Assembly (NCBI RefSeq): GCF_016433145.1
Contig: NC_058131.1
Coordinates: 551,659,117-551,723,116, forward strand
Length of the DNA stretch: 64,000 bases
Origin: Gracilinanus agilis
Lineage: Eukaryota
Direction of reading: 5' to 3'
Shown here: in pieces, positions 1 through 19,488 of the stretch
Position numbering within the stretch: position 1 is the first letter of the stretch
Layout of the letters: every line of letters starts with the position of its first letter
Position numbers and translations under genes: made by a program
Notes under the pieces: model-generated
What the model was told of the DNA's origin: nothing
Seen by the model: the letters and a program-made list of their open reading frames with translations, nothing else
Database searches by the model: none

Positions 1-3000
1 AATTGCTTCGAGGATTTGTTCTAGTTGCTTAAAGTCTGAAGCACCTGTTCCTGAGCTGGCAGCCAGATGCTGGGGGGAAGAAAAAAAAATGTTGAAGCAG
101 GGATTCTTGTGGGTTCCACTGATAAATTTTAGGGAACCTGTGAATTTGGAGAAAAAAACATCTTTATTTTCACTAATTTCTAACTGAAGTAGCATTTCCC
201 TCATTTATGACTTGTAACAAACTTGATTCCCCTTCCATAGCTGTCACCAGTTTGCCAAAAGGCAGACCAAAACAAAATCTCTGATCTGATGGATGGGAAC
301 CATATTATGGATAATTGAACAGAAGACAGAGTCAGAGATAAATAGGGGAAAGCAGGCAGAGTTGGAAAGAGAAGGGATCCAATCCCTGAAGACAAAAAAG
401 ATTATATGGCTGGGGAGAGGGTAGAGTTAGGGCAGGATAGGGTCCCACCTTACCTCTAAACAGTCAGGATTCTGGTTAGCAAACTCCTTCCACTGTTCAA
501 GACTGTAGTGTTTGTGGATGGCCGTGAACAAAGAAAACTGAGAAGCAAAGATAGTTATTTTAACCTCTTTAGTTTTCCTCCTATAAAAAAAAAAAAAGTC
601 ATGCTATTGTTCCTATTTGGTTTAGAGTAGAGAAGTAATTGAGTCAGTCACTGAGCTTGAAGTTGTAGCTAATAATCCAATCCTATTTCCACCACAGAAT
701 TTACACCTAGGATTATAACCCTAAGTAATTTTTTTTTTGTAACTTCCTATTTGTTTAGGATCCCATCTGCTGACATCTACTCTGATCCTGCTTCAATGCT
801 GATAGGGAGTTAATAATATGAGCAGTTGGTGAAATATGACAGGCAGCGGATATTCAGGCAGGATCAAGAGATTGTCTTCCCTCCTTTGAGACTGGCAGGG
901 GTTCCAGGAGGTACCATATGAGCTTATCTTGGCACAGGGCCACAAAAGATGAACAGTGAAGATGCTGGGCTCTTGAATTTGCAGGCATCAACTAGAATGG
1001 TTGAGGTAAGGTACTTGCTATGACAGCCTAGGTACCTGGCTGATAGTGCTAAGTTAACATGTTTCCCTAGAGTCTTCAGGCCTAGTGAATAGCAGCATTT
1101 CAGTAACTCCAGCTTCCCAAAGAAGGTGCCTTATACCCTCTTAAGGTACCATCTGACAATACAACAGTACTAAAGCTAGCAAGGCATTGACTTCTTCATA
1201 ACCACTGAAATAAAGGAAGGGCAGGTATTTTTGTTTCCTGGTTGAAAAAAAGTTCAAGGAACTTGTTCAAGGATATCTATTTTGTTAAACATGCACACGC
1301 ATTAATGTTCAACAAACCTTCAAGCCAAATGTCTTGTTCCTTAACTAAAAAACTGAAAATATCCCAAATACTTGAAAAAAGGCTTCCAATAGTCATGGCC
1401 CATGGCTGTTGTAAGTTCTTATATAGGAACATGCAAGAAAAGGCAGTCAGCAAAGTTAGCACAGTGCTAAGGTATCATATTTGAAGAGGTCATGTATTAA
1501 TCCGCACCAACAAAACCTCTTACTTTAAAGCTAAAGATCTTAAGGAGAGATTACTAAGCTAACAGCTAGCACTGTATTTTGCTTTTTCAGTAACATAATC
1601 CCAAACAATATGCTGACCAAGAAATAAGGGTTGAGGAAAACAAAGATTCTCTTTAGGAAATATTGATAGAATGCTGCATCAAACTTAACAACTTAGTGGT
1701 TTATTTACAATAGTTGCTAAATATCTGTGAGACTTATAAGTAGCACAATATCTCATCTGGTTTCTTTAGCACTCCTCAGAATCATCTATAAGCCATTCTA
1801 GACATCACAGTGTGACAGGCTCTGACAATGAAGCCAATTCATTAGTATTGAAATCATGCTCATCACAAACCAGCTATGCTAGGGAATGCACTCTTTAATG
1901 GACAACACAACTTCCACACATTAACTGAACGGAAAGCTGGAGCTTAAACCCTCAAGGCAAGGGTAGGGGTGAAGCATAAGAATATTTGGGGACTTTTTTT
2001 TTAACTGGACCAAAGATTTCATTGGTATAGCAAACTCCTGGTAAGGAAATTCTGTCTACCAATGCATTTAAGGCAGATAGGTACCCGCTACCTGTGTTGC
2101 AACTTGGGGTCTAAGAGTTAGAGGTGGGGAGCAATTGATTGTGTCCAATGACTTTCTCAGGGTCACAAAGCTCTTATACGTCAAGGATGGGGCTTAAACC
2201 CGCATCTTCCTGACCTGAAGCTTAGGTCACTCTCCATGAGGACATATTGAACACAGAATCTTAACATACATAGCAGAGCCAAGTTTTTTCAAGTAACAGG
2301 AATCAGGCCATAGAGCACTACTGCAATAAAAAAGAGAATGCCAACAAGGCCAACAGGTTTATCCAATGATGGAGACTGCCACTAACCAGCAGTGGAAAAG
2401 TTCACTTATCTATCCTCCAGCTACATTGGGTTGTAAAATTGTCAGCAGTAACTTCTTCAAACAGGAAGTTCGGTAAGAAACTGTGTACATAAAAAACATG
2501 CCATATTGGATGCAATATAAAAACTAATACCAGTTCCACTGCCCAAGGCTTAACACTATTTTAGTTAAAAAGTTGCCTGTTCGAGATCTCACTAAATTTA
2601 GTGTCTTGAGTTGTGGTTCTGTCATAATTATGAAATATGAAAGAGTGGGGAGGAGTTATACCTGGGTAATGGTATGGGGGGGGGGGTATACTTTTATTTA
2701 TAGAGGTATACACTGTTAGTTGTTCTAGTGAAAACAAAGGGCAATTAGTTCCATAAGAACAATATGATAAATGGGTGATTGGAGGAATCATAGTACAAAA
2801 GTGTTTTGTGACTTTACAGTAGTGCTTGGTCATAATTATGTTATTCACAATGTTATTGTGAAATGCCAGGGGCAATCCTATTTGTGGCATACCTGTATGT
2901 ATGTTGGAGGTGGGACAAAAGGTTAAAACTGCACATTTTGTGGGTGGGTTAAGAAATTATAAAGTTGAATCTAAAACTAAAATAATTAAAAACCTTTTTA

Positions 3001-3635
3001 AAGATGTCAAATGTGCATCTCTGTCTACTCTTGTCCAAAGGCAGGGCTGACTGCCAATGGTATAAAGTTGACTTCGAAGAGGGCAAATTCTGCAGAGAGA
3101 TGGGGACATTGGAAATAGGGAATAAATGGCCCCCTACCTTACAAAGCACCTTGGCCATCTCAAAAGTGCCCACAGTATCCATGTTGGCAGCAATGATGGG
3201 GATCCCTGTGTATATCTGCTTTGAATTCCGGAACACGAAGGACCTTGTGAGATCTACCTACACAGTGGGAGGGAGAAAGAAGAGAGCTGGTAATAGCTTG
3301 AAAGTGATAGTACTTTAAAAGGTACAACTTTAAACAGTTTGAGGTCCATGATATAGAAACCCTGTTTTAAGGTTGAGAAGAGGGAGGCCCAGTACAGTCA
3401 AGTGACTTGCCTAAATTTTAAAGCTTGTATGTATCCACCAGATTTGAACTTTACTTTCTCCAAATTCCCCATTCAATAATCTTACCACAGTGCTAAGTTG
3501 CTTTTCTAAGAATAGAGACTAAAGGAAAGGAGGAACCTCCTGCCTCACCTCACTGCGAGATTTGAGGGTGCTGCGCTTGGGCCTCAGTAGGACATCCTTG
3601 AAGTCGAGCTTTACATCATTGTCTATGTGAGGCAT
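1..3635 (-). CDS. GMPR2: GMP reductase 2, 5' part (gene runs off the left edge). Coding exons 3635-3549, 3257-3138, 537-454, 69-1(partial)
   Basis: Spliced translation [120 protein letters not shown]. All introns GT-AG, phase 0. Kozak CCCACCATG. Head-to-head with NEDD8 as in eutherians. Confidence 0.97.
98..225. mobile_element. hAT-Charlie-type DNA transposon fragment
   Basis: Starts cagggattctt and contains acatctttattttcactaatttctaactgaagtagcatttccc, which resembles Charlie-family consensus as I recall it. Same type as the element at 58839. Confidence 0.6.
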
Positions 3636-3989
3636 GGTGGGGGCCTGGGTTAAAACAGATACCTGAAAGATGAAAGAAGGCGACTGAATGGAGTGGGAAT
3701 TGGGGTGAGGGTTAGTGTGGCAGACCAGGAAACCCTCAAATCTCCCTGGTCCTGCTTGGGCGGGGACATTACAACTCTCACCAGTCCCTGAAAACTCACT
3801 CCTGGCCCACATGTAACCTCCAATCTTACCATTTGTTACTCCAGAGTCCTGCATACGAAAAGTATTTGCTGGGGAAAAGGACGATAGGGGAAACATGGCT
3901 GATGCCCACTGAGCACCCCACCTTCACCATTCCCTTTCCTCCTTTCCCTACAACCCTCAGACAGGAAAATTTAAAGGTGAGAAACTCGA

Positions 3990-4520
3990 AAGGGGAAGGG
4001 GTCAACTTCCGGAATAGTGGTACCTACTTCCGGATGCGGCGACCCACCTTGACCGTTGACCCAAGTTCCACTTGCTTAGCAACAGGCCACGCGCATTCCC
4101 TTTCAGTATCTGCAGAAGACTAGCCGGCGAAGACAACTACCTTTGGACCTGAGACCTTAAGGGAAGTCTCGCGTGGACTTCTGGGAGACAGAGTCCACCA
4201 AATGGGGTAGACGTTAGAACTAGAGTGGGAAAAACTACAACCCCCAGAGGCGAAGCGGGCCAGGCAGGGCTGCCGCGGGGCATGATGGGAGATGTAGTCC
4301 CTCGTTCGTTTACCGGAAGAATCCAGGCTGTGAAGACTTCAAGATCCTCAAAGGACACGGGGCCAACATAGCTAGTCCGTCGCCCTTTTTGTTCACCAAG
4401 TCGCTGAGACGAAAAGAGCGGAGGAATTCTGAATAATTTTTGCTAGGGAATCAGATCCGAGAACTCCGGAGGCCAGGAGTCCGAACGCTGACCCGGAAGC
4501 GGAAGTTTTTTGCAGGCGGA
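3990..4520. promoter_or_regulatory. CpG-rich bidirectional promoter of GMPR2/NEDD8
   Basis: ETS cores (acttccgg at about 4007 and 4027; CCGGAAGCGGAAGT 4493-4506). Two opposed ACTACAnnYCCCA motifs (4234-4247 +, 4298-4281 -). Minus-strand donor AAG|GTGGGT at 4048/4047 for a probable non-coding GMPR2 first exon. Confidence 0.85.
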
Positions 4521-4600
4521 GTGTTGGAGAACGGAGGCAGCGGCGGTAGCAGCAGCAGCAGCAGCGGTACATCCACAAGAGGCTTGGATACGGGAGCAAG

Positions 4601-12603
<8,003 letters not shown>

Positions 12604-12853
12604 TGGACCTCCTTCTACTTCATCCCCTCACCCCATCACTCATAATGATGCGCCATGTACCCTTCCACTTCCTGGGACAACAGAACCACCACATCCTCCC
12701 CAGGACAGATACCTCATTGTTTCTGTCTGTTGCTGGGAGGTCTGTGAGGACCCCAGAGTCCAGCCCTCTGGGTCTGCAGGGCCCTTGGCTAGCTGTTGGT
12801 TTTTAGTTTGTGGTCTCGCCTGCCCCTTCCCTCGTGGCTGTGTCCTGGTTGTT

Positions 12854-12859
12854 AATAAA
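12854..12859 (+). terminator. polyA signal of NEDD8
   Basis: AATAAA 250 nt after the stop, followed by a GT/T-rich downstream stretch. Confidence 0.8.
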
Positions 12860-13739
12860 GACATTTCCCAGCCTTCTGGAATCTTTTGTCAGCTGTGTTC
12901 AAATGTAATTGACTGAGGTGGAGCAGAACACCGTTGGTCTGAAGGGGCATTATTAGACATAGAGACGAAAGGATGGGACCATTAGGATCCAGAGACTTGG
13001 ATTAAATATGGCCGTAATTGGTGGTGGAAACTAGAGGAACTAAATTTCTAATATTGTTGGACCTGGAAAATGGGTTCATGCAACAGGCTATAATTTTCAT
13101 GACCACTGTTTTCTGAGTGTTTTACTGAGGGTTCTGCACTATTTCTTGAGATAGTTTTGTTTTGTTTTGAGTAGAGGTTTTGCCTCAGTTAATATGAAAG
13201 AGGGTGCGGCCAGAGGGTTACTGGTGCTGGAGGAGAAGGGGATGGGGGTTATGGCCAGGAGTAATGGCGAACAGAAGGGTAAAGTGAGCATTTTATCTTT
13301 CAAAGAAGGGAGGGAATAACTTGCAATTAAGAGCCTGTGTTCCAGCCCCAGCTATTCCAATTACAACTGTGCCTGTATGGCAAGACTTATTGTCCTGGGC
13401 CTGTTTCATCTGTAAAATGAAGATTAGACCAGATCTTCCAGCTACACACCCATGATCCTAGGACTGATTGGGAGGAGGTGCTACTTCTAGTAAGGTGAAA
13501 AAATACCTATCAACAGCCAGCAGGAATGTTGCATGGACATTCTAGGTCCTAGGTCTGGGAGCTGTTCCCATAGCGTCTTCGGCCGTTCCTCAGCTCCACC
13601 TCTGGTGGGCGCCACTGGCCTCGGTGCAGACCAAGGAGCCGGCGCTCTAGCTGGCTTCTCTCTGTGGCCGGATATGGCGACTTGCTAGAGAGGTGGCCAG
13701 CCCCGTGCTACGCCTGCAGGACCCCAGCAATCTCCCGCA

Positions 13740-16512
13740 ATGGCCCACCTCCCGCAGCTGGCAGTTTTCGACCTGGGTATGTACTGCTTAGGGGGAGAAG
13801 GTGCAAATGACTGCAGATGCAGACTTCCTTAGTTCCTGATCCCAGAGCCGGAGCCGGAGACCTCCACCCAGCCCCGCTAAGTCTCGCCCCCTAAGCTTCC
13901 TCCTCCTCCCTCGACCCCTCCCAGCACATTAGACCCCACCCCTTGAGCCCTTCCGCGGGAATCCTTCCCGGCTTGAGCTGACAAACCCCGCCCCCAAGCC
14001 TTAGACCCGCTCCTCCCTCTGGCGGGAACCTGCTAAGCCCCACCCTTTTCCCTTGCAGATTACACTCTCTGGCCTTTCTGGGTTGACACTCATGTGGAAC
14101 CCCCATTTCATAAGAGCAGGTGAGGTGAAATGGGAACGGGGCCCAGGCTCAGGGACGGATCGGGGGATGGGCCAGAGCTGAGGCCTTTCCCGTGGTCTCC
14201 CCTGTCCTGTCTAGGGATGGGAGTGTGCGGGACAGCAATGAGAAGATCGTTAGACTGTACCCAGAAGTGCCCAATGTGCTGGAACATCTGCATGGCCTGG
14301 GGGTGACCATGGCTGCTGCCTCCCGGTAAGGACAGCCCGTTCTATGCATCAAATTTTGATGGCGCACATACACTGTACTAAAGGATGGCTAATACAAAGA
14401 TTTAAAAAATGACACAGACCCTACCCTCAAGAAACATTCTTCTGTGCTTAGTGTGGGAGGCTTAGATGTGTAGAGAGATAAGTCTAATAAAAGTAGTGTG
14501 TGATGGGGCCTAAGGAGAGGGCCAGTCTTTCAGTATGATTGGGAAAGAAGAGAACATTTTCAGCTGGAGATACCAGGAAAGGAGGAGGTCTCCATGGAGG
14601 AGACCTAACTGATCTGAGACTTAAAGGCAGAGAAGGAATCTGAAATGTGAAAAGGATAAAGTAGTGCATTCCAGACAAGGGAGTCGACACCAAGGGAGTT
14701 CTCAGAAGAGATTTCTACTAGTCCATGTCTATACCTTCTCAATAATTTATAGTATATATCCAGACAACCTTGGGAAACTTAGAAAGAGCAACACAATGAC
14801 CAACTACAATTCCAAAAGACTTGAGATGAAACATGCTTACCCACTCCTGATAGAGGGGTGATGGATTCAGAGTACAGATTAAGACTTTTTTTTTTTTTTT
14901 TTACCATGGCCAACACAGAAAATTTTGTTTGACTAAATATGTTTATAACTGGTTTTATTTTTCTTGCTTTCTCATATAACAGGGTTGGGGGCAGGGGAAG
15001 AGTGAGAAGATGCAGATTTGAAAATAAAATACAAATTTTTTAATTTTTACCTTTTGTCTTAGAATGGATATCAGTTCCAAGACAGAATATCAGTAAGGGC
15101 ATTGGAGTTAAGTGACTTGCCCAGTCATACAGATAGGAAGTGTCTGGGATCAGATTTGAACCCAACTCCAGACCTGGTGCTCTATCCACTGTGATACTTA
15201 GCTGCCCCCACACAGTTCTTTAATGATGTCTTAAATTCATCTTCAAACTTCTTCACGTATGTGTTGCAGCTGCTCACATACCACCACATACCCATCCATT
15301 GACCTCTTTAATTTTCCAAAGGCATTTGTATTTTGTTTAACTGCCAAATAACATTGAGGTGGGAGACTGAGCTGAGACTGGGGACCAACTAGGTAGCACA
15401 GTGGATAGAGTGTCTGACCTGGATTTGGAAGAACCTGAGATCAAATCTGGCCTCAGACACTTCCTGTCTGACCTTTGTCCTTCTTAGTTTTATTAAAGGC
15501 AGATGGGTTTTTAAAAAAAAAACTGAGACTGAGAAACAGCTAGTGATATAAATGACAGATACACCATGCATGGAAGAAATAAAGTACTAAAAAGGGGCAA
15601 ATAGGATTGAAAAAGAGCAGGGCTCTAAAGGTCAGGGAGAGCCTATGGCTAGAAATAAAAGGCTAAGAAATCTCTATTATCTCCTTTAAATAGTACTGTC
15701 TGTGGTCAGACCTATGAATTAGATTGTTTTGGCAGCTGTGAAGGCACCTTCAGAATTCTGCTTGGTTCTAGTCTGATCACGTTTTCATTTTGTAGGGGAA
15801 GCCCTCTCCAGTGTTGCAACTACACTGTAAAATTTTTTTTAAGAGTTAACAGTTCAAAAGTAGATGTTAATTTGTACAGCTTTGCATTTTAACATTCCTA
15901 ATTTCATCTGTTGATATTTTCCAAGACTCCAGGATGTTTCTAACTTAATCCTATCCTATAATAATTTTGTGTCTCTTCAACCTAGAACCAGTGAAATTCG
16001 AGGGGCCAATCAGCTCTTGGAGATTTTTGATCTCACTCGATATTTTGCACACAAGGAAATCTATCCAGGCTGCAAAGTCACACACTTTGAGAGGTACTCA
16101 GGGATAAGAAGAAAAATTAAAATATGACTCTGTCTAGCAGGCATCGTGGGAGGGGAAGGAAATAACCCCGTCCTCACACAGTCATGTTCTATTCAGATTG
16201 CAGCAGAAGAGTGGAATCCCTTACTCTGAAATGATCTTCTTTGATGATGAGAAACGTAACATTATAGATGTCAGCAAACTGGGTACTGAATGGTGGTATT
16301 GGGGAGAAAGGGGCCTTAAATATAGAATACATGGGGTAAGAGTAGGCTTGGGAGTGGCTAATTTGCATGCCAGCAGGGGTTCCAAAAATGGCAGAGGTAA
16401 GACTAATCTCATAAAATATTACTCCCTTCTAGGTGTCACCTGTATTCATGTCCAGAGTGAAATGAGTCTTCATACTCTGACTAAAGGCCTAGAAACATTT
16501 GCAAAATCTTGA
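13740..16512 (+). CDS. MDP1: Magnesium-dependent phosphatase 1 (HAD family), 160 aa. Exons 13740-13776, 14059-14119, 14215-14325, 15986-16093, 16197-16282, 16433-16512
   Basis: [39 protein letters not shown]...AAASRTSEIRGANQLLE...[46 protein letters not shown]...ETFAKS*. 483 nt in frame. HAD motifs DxDxT, S, K and FFDD intact. AATAAA at 16750. Confidence 0.97.
14700..15035 (+). mobile_element. L1 3' UTR fragment
   Basis: ttccaaaagacttgagatgaaacatgcttacccactcc...aaaataaaat resembles the other L1 3' UTRs in the window; boundaries approximate. Confidence 0.55.
15040..15209 (-). mobile_element. SINE1-like SINE (older)
   Basis: gttaagtgacttgcccagtcatacagataggaagtgtctgggatcagatttgaaccc...tatccactgtgatacttagctgcccc. 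Confidence 0.8.
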
Positions 16513-17543
16513 GATAAAGATAAAATTCAGCCATGCAGATGAGAGCCCTGGACACGGACCCAGGAGGAAGAGAACAAGAGGAATGCATTGTCAAATCATT
16601 TGTGATTTGTAAAAAAAAATATTGTGAGATCTAATGCAAGACCCTTCCCATACTGTGAAGTCCTCTTTGTCCTCATATATATGGGTCAGCAGTACTGCCC
16701 AGCACTGCATCCAGGCTCTGTTTCTTGGAATGTCATCACAAGCATCCCTAATAAATAAAACTTCCTGTGGCATACTTCTGTACTTCCTCTGCCTGCCTCT
16801 ACAGAAGCCACTAAAGCTCACCCTGGACAAAAAGGATCTGGCAACTTGGGAAACAGCATATGTGCAGGCTGGTGGCTCCTGGGCCTGCTGGGGCAGTAAG
16901 TCCCGTCCTAGATGAGGAAGGGGAAAAGATTGGATTTAGGGCACTTGGGTTCTCATCCTTCAGCAAACGGTTTTCTGTCTCTGGTCATCCAAGCGGTCCA
17001 AGATCTATAGCTGGAAAGGTCCAGAAAGGCCACTCTGGCAGGCAGCCTCAGTAGTACAGCTGAAGGTTTGAGACCCTTGAGTGGGATCCCCCAAAGAAAA
17101 GGGCAGAGTCACAATCACTAGGTCAGGGCTTTTCCCACCGCATTAGTGGACCTCAGTTTCTTCATCAGTAAAACGCTGGCGACAAACTAGGTGAAAGCCC
17201 TTACAGATCTAAACCAAAGACTTCCAAAGCTTGTCCAGCTCTGTCTCCTGGGATAAACAGTTCTCCCTATTCACTGGCTGGCCGGGAAACATCGGGGCCC
17301 TTTAAAATGTTTGGGTGTGTAATCAGGTGACTTTCGTCATGTGATAAACCCTGGTTTGGGTACACTTTCCCAGGTTCTGAGGTTGGTGGCGTTCAAAGAT
17401 GATGACCCAGAGCCTTGGCCTGGGATTGGCCAGAGGCTGGCAGGGAGGGGCCTTCCTGGCCCTGAAAGGCGGAAGTGAGTGAGGCTTGGGGAAGCCGAAG
17501 CCAAGTGCAGGTTTGGTTCCTCATCCGCGATCCGGGAATCGGA

Positions 17544-19488
17544 ATGAGCAGCCTAGGGAGGCTCTTTGGCAGGGGTGAGCCTCGGTGGAAACCTGCTTTC
17601 CCGTAGATGGAGGTGGCTGTCCCAGCGCTGGGGTCCTACGCTCGAGGGAGCAGGGGAATCCTGCCTTTATTAGGGGCTGAGACAGATGCTCGAGAGCATA
17701 GGGTCCCCTTTCCCCTGCTCCAGCGGCCTCGGGATCCCCAAGCCAGGGTTCTCCCGCAAACACCTTCCCTTCCCCCTCCTTGTCCTCTAATTCTTAAGTA
17801 GGGACGTGTTCAGGATTTTAATGGCAGGAGTACAGGCCATACTGTACCTCCTAACTGGATCAGGACTTCTGGACAGGTTCTTTCCAGGACCCTCGCAACA
17901 CCCACCCAAACATGTTCTAAGGCCCTTTGGTGCTAAAAGTGACTGGGAATAACTTCCCCTACTCAGCACTGCCCCCTGCTCCATTGGCCCCAGCAGGGAA
18001 GGAGAAGGACCCGAGCCCTGAAGAAGCAATTCAGAAACTTCGGGAGACGGAGAAGATACTGATCAAGAAGCAGGAGTTCCTAGAACAAAAGATCCAGCAG
18101 GAACTGCAGACAGCCAAGAAGCATGGGACCAAAAATAAGAGAGGTATAGGGGCAAGGTAGAAAGGACAGAGCCATTGGAGGGGGAAGAGTCTAGGGACTT
18201 CTCGAATTGATGGGTGGATTGTGGACTGGGTCAGCTGCCCTGCAGGCACTGCGCAGAAAGAAGAGGCTGGAGCAACAGCTGGCACAGACAGATGGAACTC
18301 TCTCTACCCTGGAATACCAGCGTGAAGCCATTGAGAATGCCACCACCAATACTGAAGTACTTCGAACCATGGGGCTGGCTGCCCGTGCCATGAGCAAGGC
18401 CCACCAGGACATGTGGGTAGTGGGGGGAGGGGAGGATATGGGCACAGATTCTAGGAACAGAATGACTGCTATAGATCCTCATGCCCTTTTTTTTTTTTTT
18501 TTTTTGGTAGAATCAGTCTTCCTGGGCTTCCACAAGTTAACCCCTACTTCAAAGCATTCTCTTCCCCTGGTTTAGACACAGAGAAAAAGTATAAACCAGA
18601 GCACCTGATTCTTTAAAAAAAAAAAAAACCCTTCTAATGAGGAAGATCCTACATATCCTTTCTTTGCAACATGTTCCTATCTGCAGACTTCTCTTGGTTC
18701 CCTCTGCCAGGAAGTGTTGGGTTGGGCCAATCAAGACATGAGGCTGAAGTGGGAATGGGAATAGTTTTTTTCCACCACTGGGTGAAAGTCAGGATCTGCC
18801 CTGATTCTTTACCTACAATTCTGCCCCTAGGGACATCAACAAGGTGGATGAGCTGATGTCTGACATCACAGAGCAGCAAGACATAGCCCAGCAAATCTCG
18901 GATGCCATTTCTCGGCCTGTGGGCTTTGGGGATGATGTGGATGAGGTAACTGGATGGAATTAGTGCAAGGATGGTAGAGGAAATTGGAGAAGGTCAGAGA
19001 ATGTGAGGTTAATGGGGAGTAGACTTTGAAGCCTTGGGTCTTTACAGGGAATTCTTGGCAGTACAGGTTTTCCTGATAAACACCTGACTAAACTTTCCAC
19101 TTCCAGGATGAGCTGTTGGAGGAACTAGAGGAACTAGAGCAAGAGAAATTGAACCAAGAGCTACTGAATATGGAAGAGGATAAAGAAGCAGCACCAGTCA
19201 AGTTGCCCAATGTACCCTCTACTCATTTACCCACCAGCCCAGGTATTAAACTCTCCCTGGTCAGAGGAAGAGTACTACATTGCCTATGACAAGAGTAATG
19301 CCTAACAATGTAAGATCCGTGTCAGGGGAAGGTTAGCTCGTGGTGCCTTAAGTTATCACTGGGAAGGCTGGTTGGAGAATCCTAAGGAACATAACCTTTC
19401 TCTGTTTCTTTCCCCCTTAGCTTCCAAGGCTGATGAGGAAAAGGAAATGAAGCAGTTAGTTGACTGGGTATCTGGAAGAGTGCCTTGA
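17544..19488 (+). CDS. CHMP4A: Charged multivesicular body protein 4A (ESCRT-III Snf7), 225 aa (224 with the distal acceptor). Exons 17544-17574, 17994(or 17997)-18143, 18235-18412, 18831-18945, 19107-19242, 19421-19488
   Basis: MSSLGRLFGR(A)GKEKDPSPEEAIQKLRETEKILIKKQEFLEQKIQQELQTAKKHGTKNKRAALQALRRKK...DINKVDELMSDITEQQ...DELLEELEELEQ...KEMKQLVDWVSGRVP*. ETS site GGCGGAAGT at about 17469. AATAAA at 19752-19757. Confidence 0.97.

Noticed and set aside
1024-1042. Near-palindrome cagcctaggtacctggctg
   Set aside because: Short and isolated; expected by chance in 64 kb.
700-2900. Non-repetitive-looking GMPR2 intron with short ORFs (1242-1484, 2561-2890 containing KHY, and a hydrophobic [18 protein letters not shown] stretch)
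   Set aside because: No recognisable homology. The true HKHYS exon is at 537-454. All frames are interrupted by stops.
4550-4564. (CAG)5 in the NEDD8 5' UTR
   Set aside because: Too short to be unstable; common in GC-rich UTRs.
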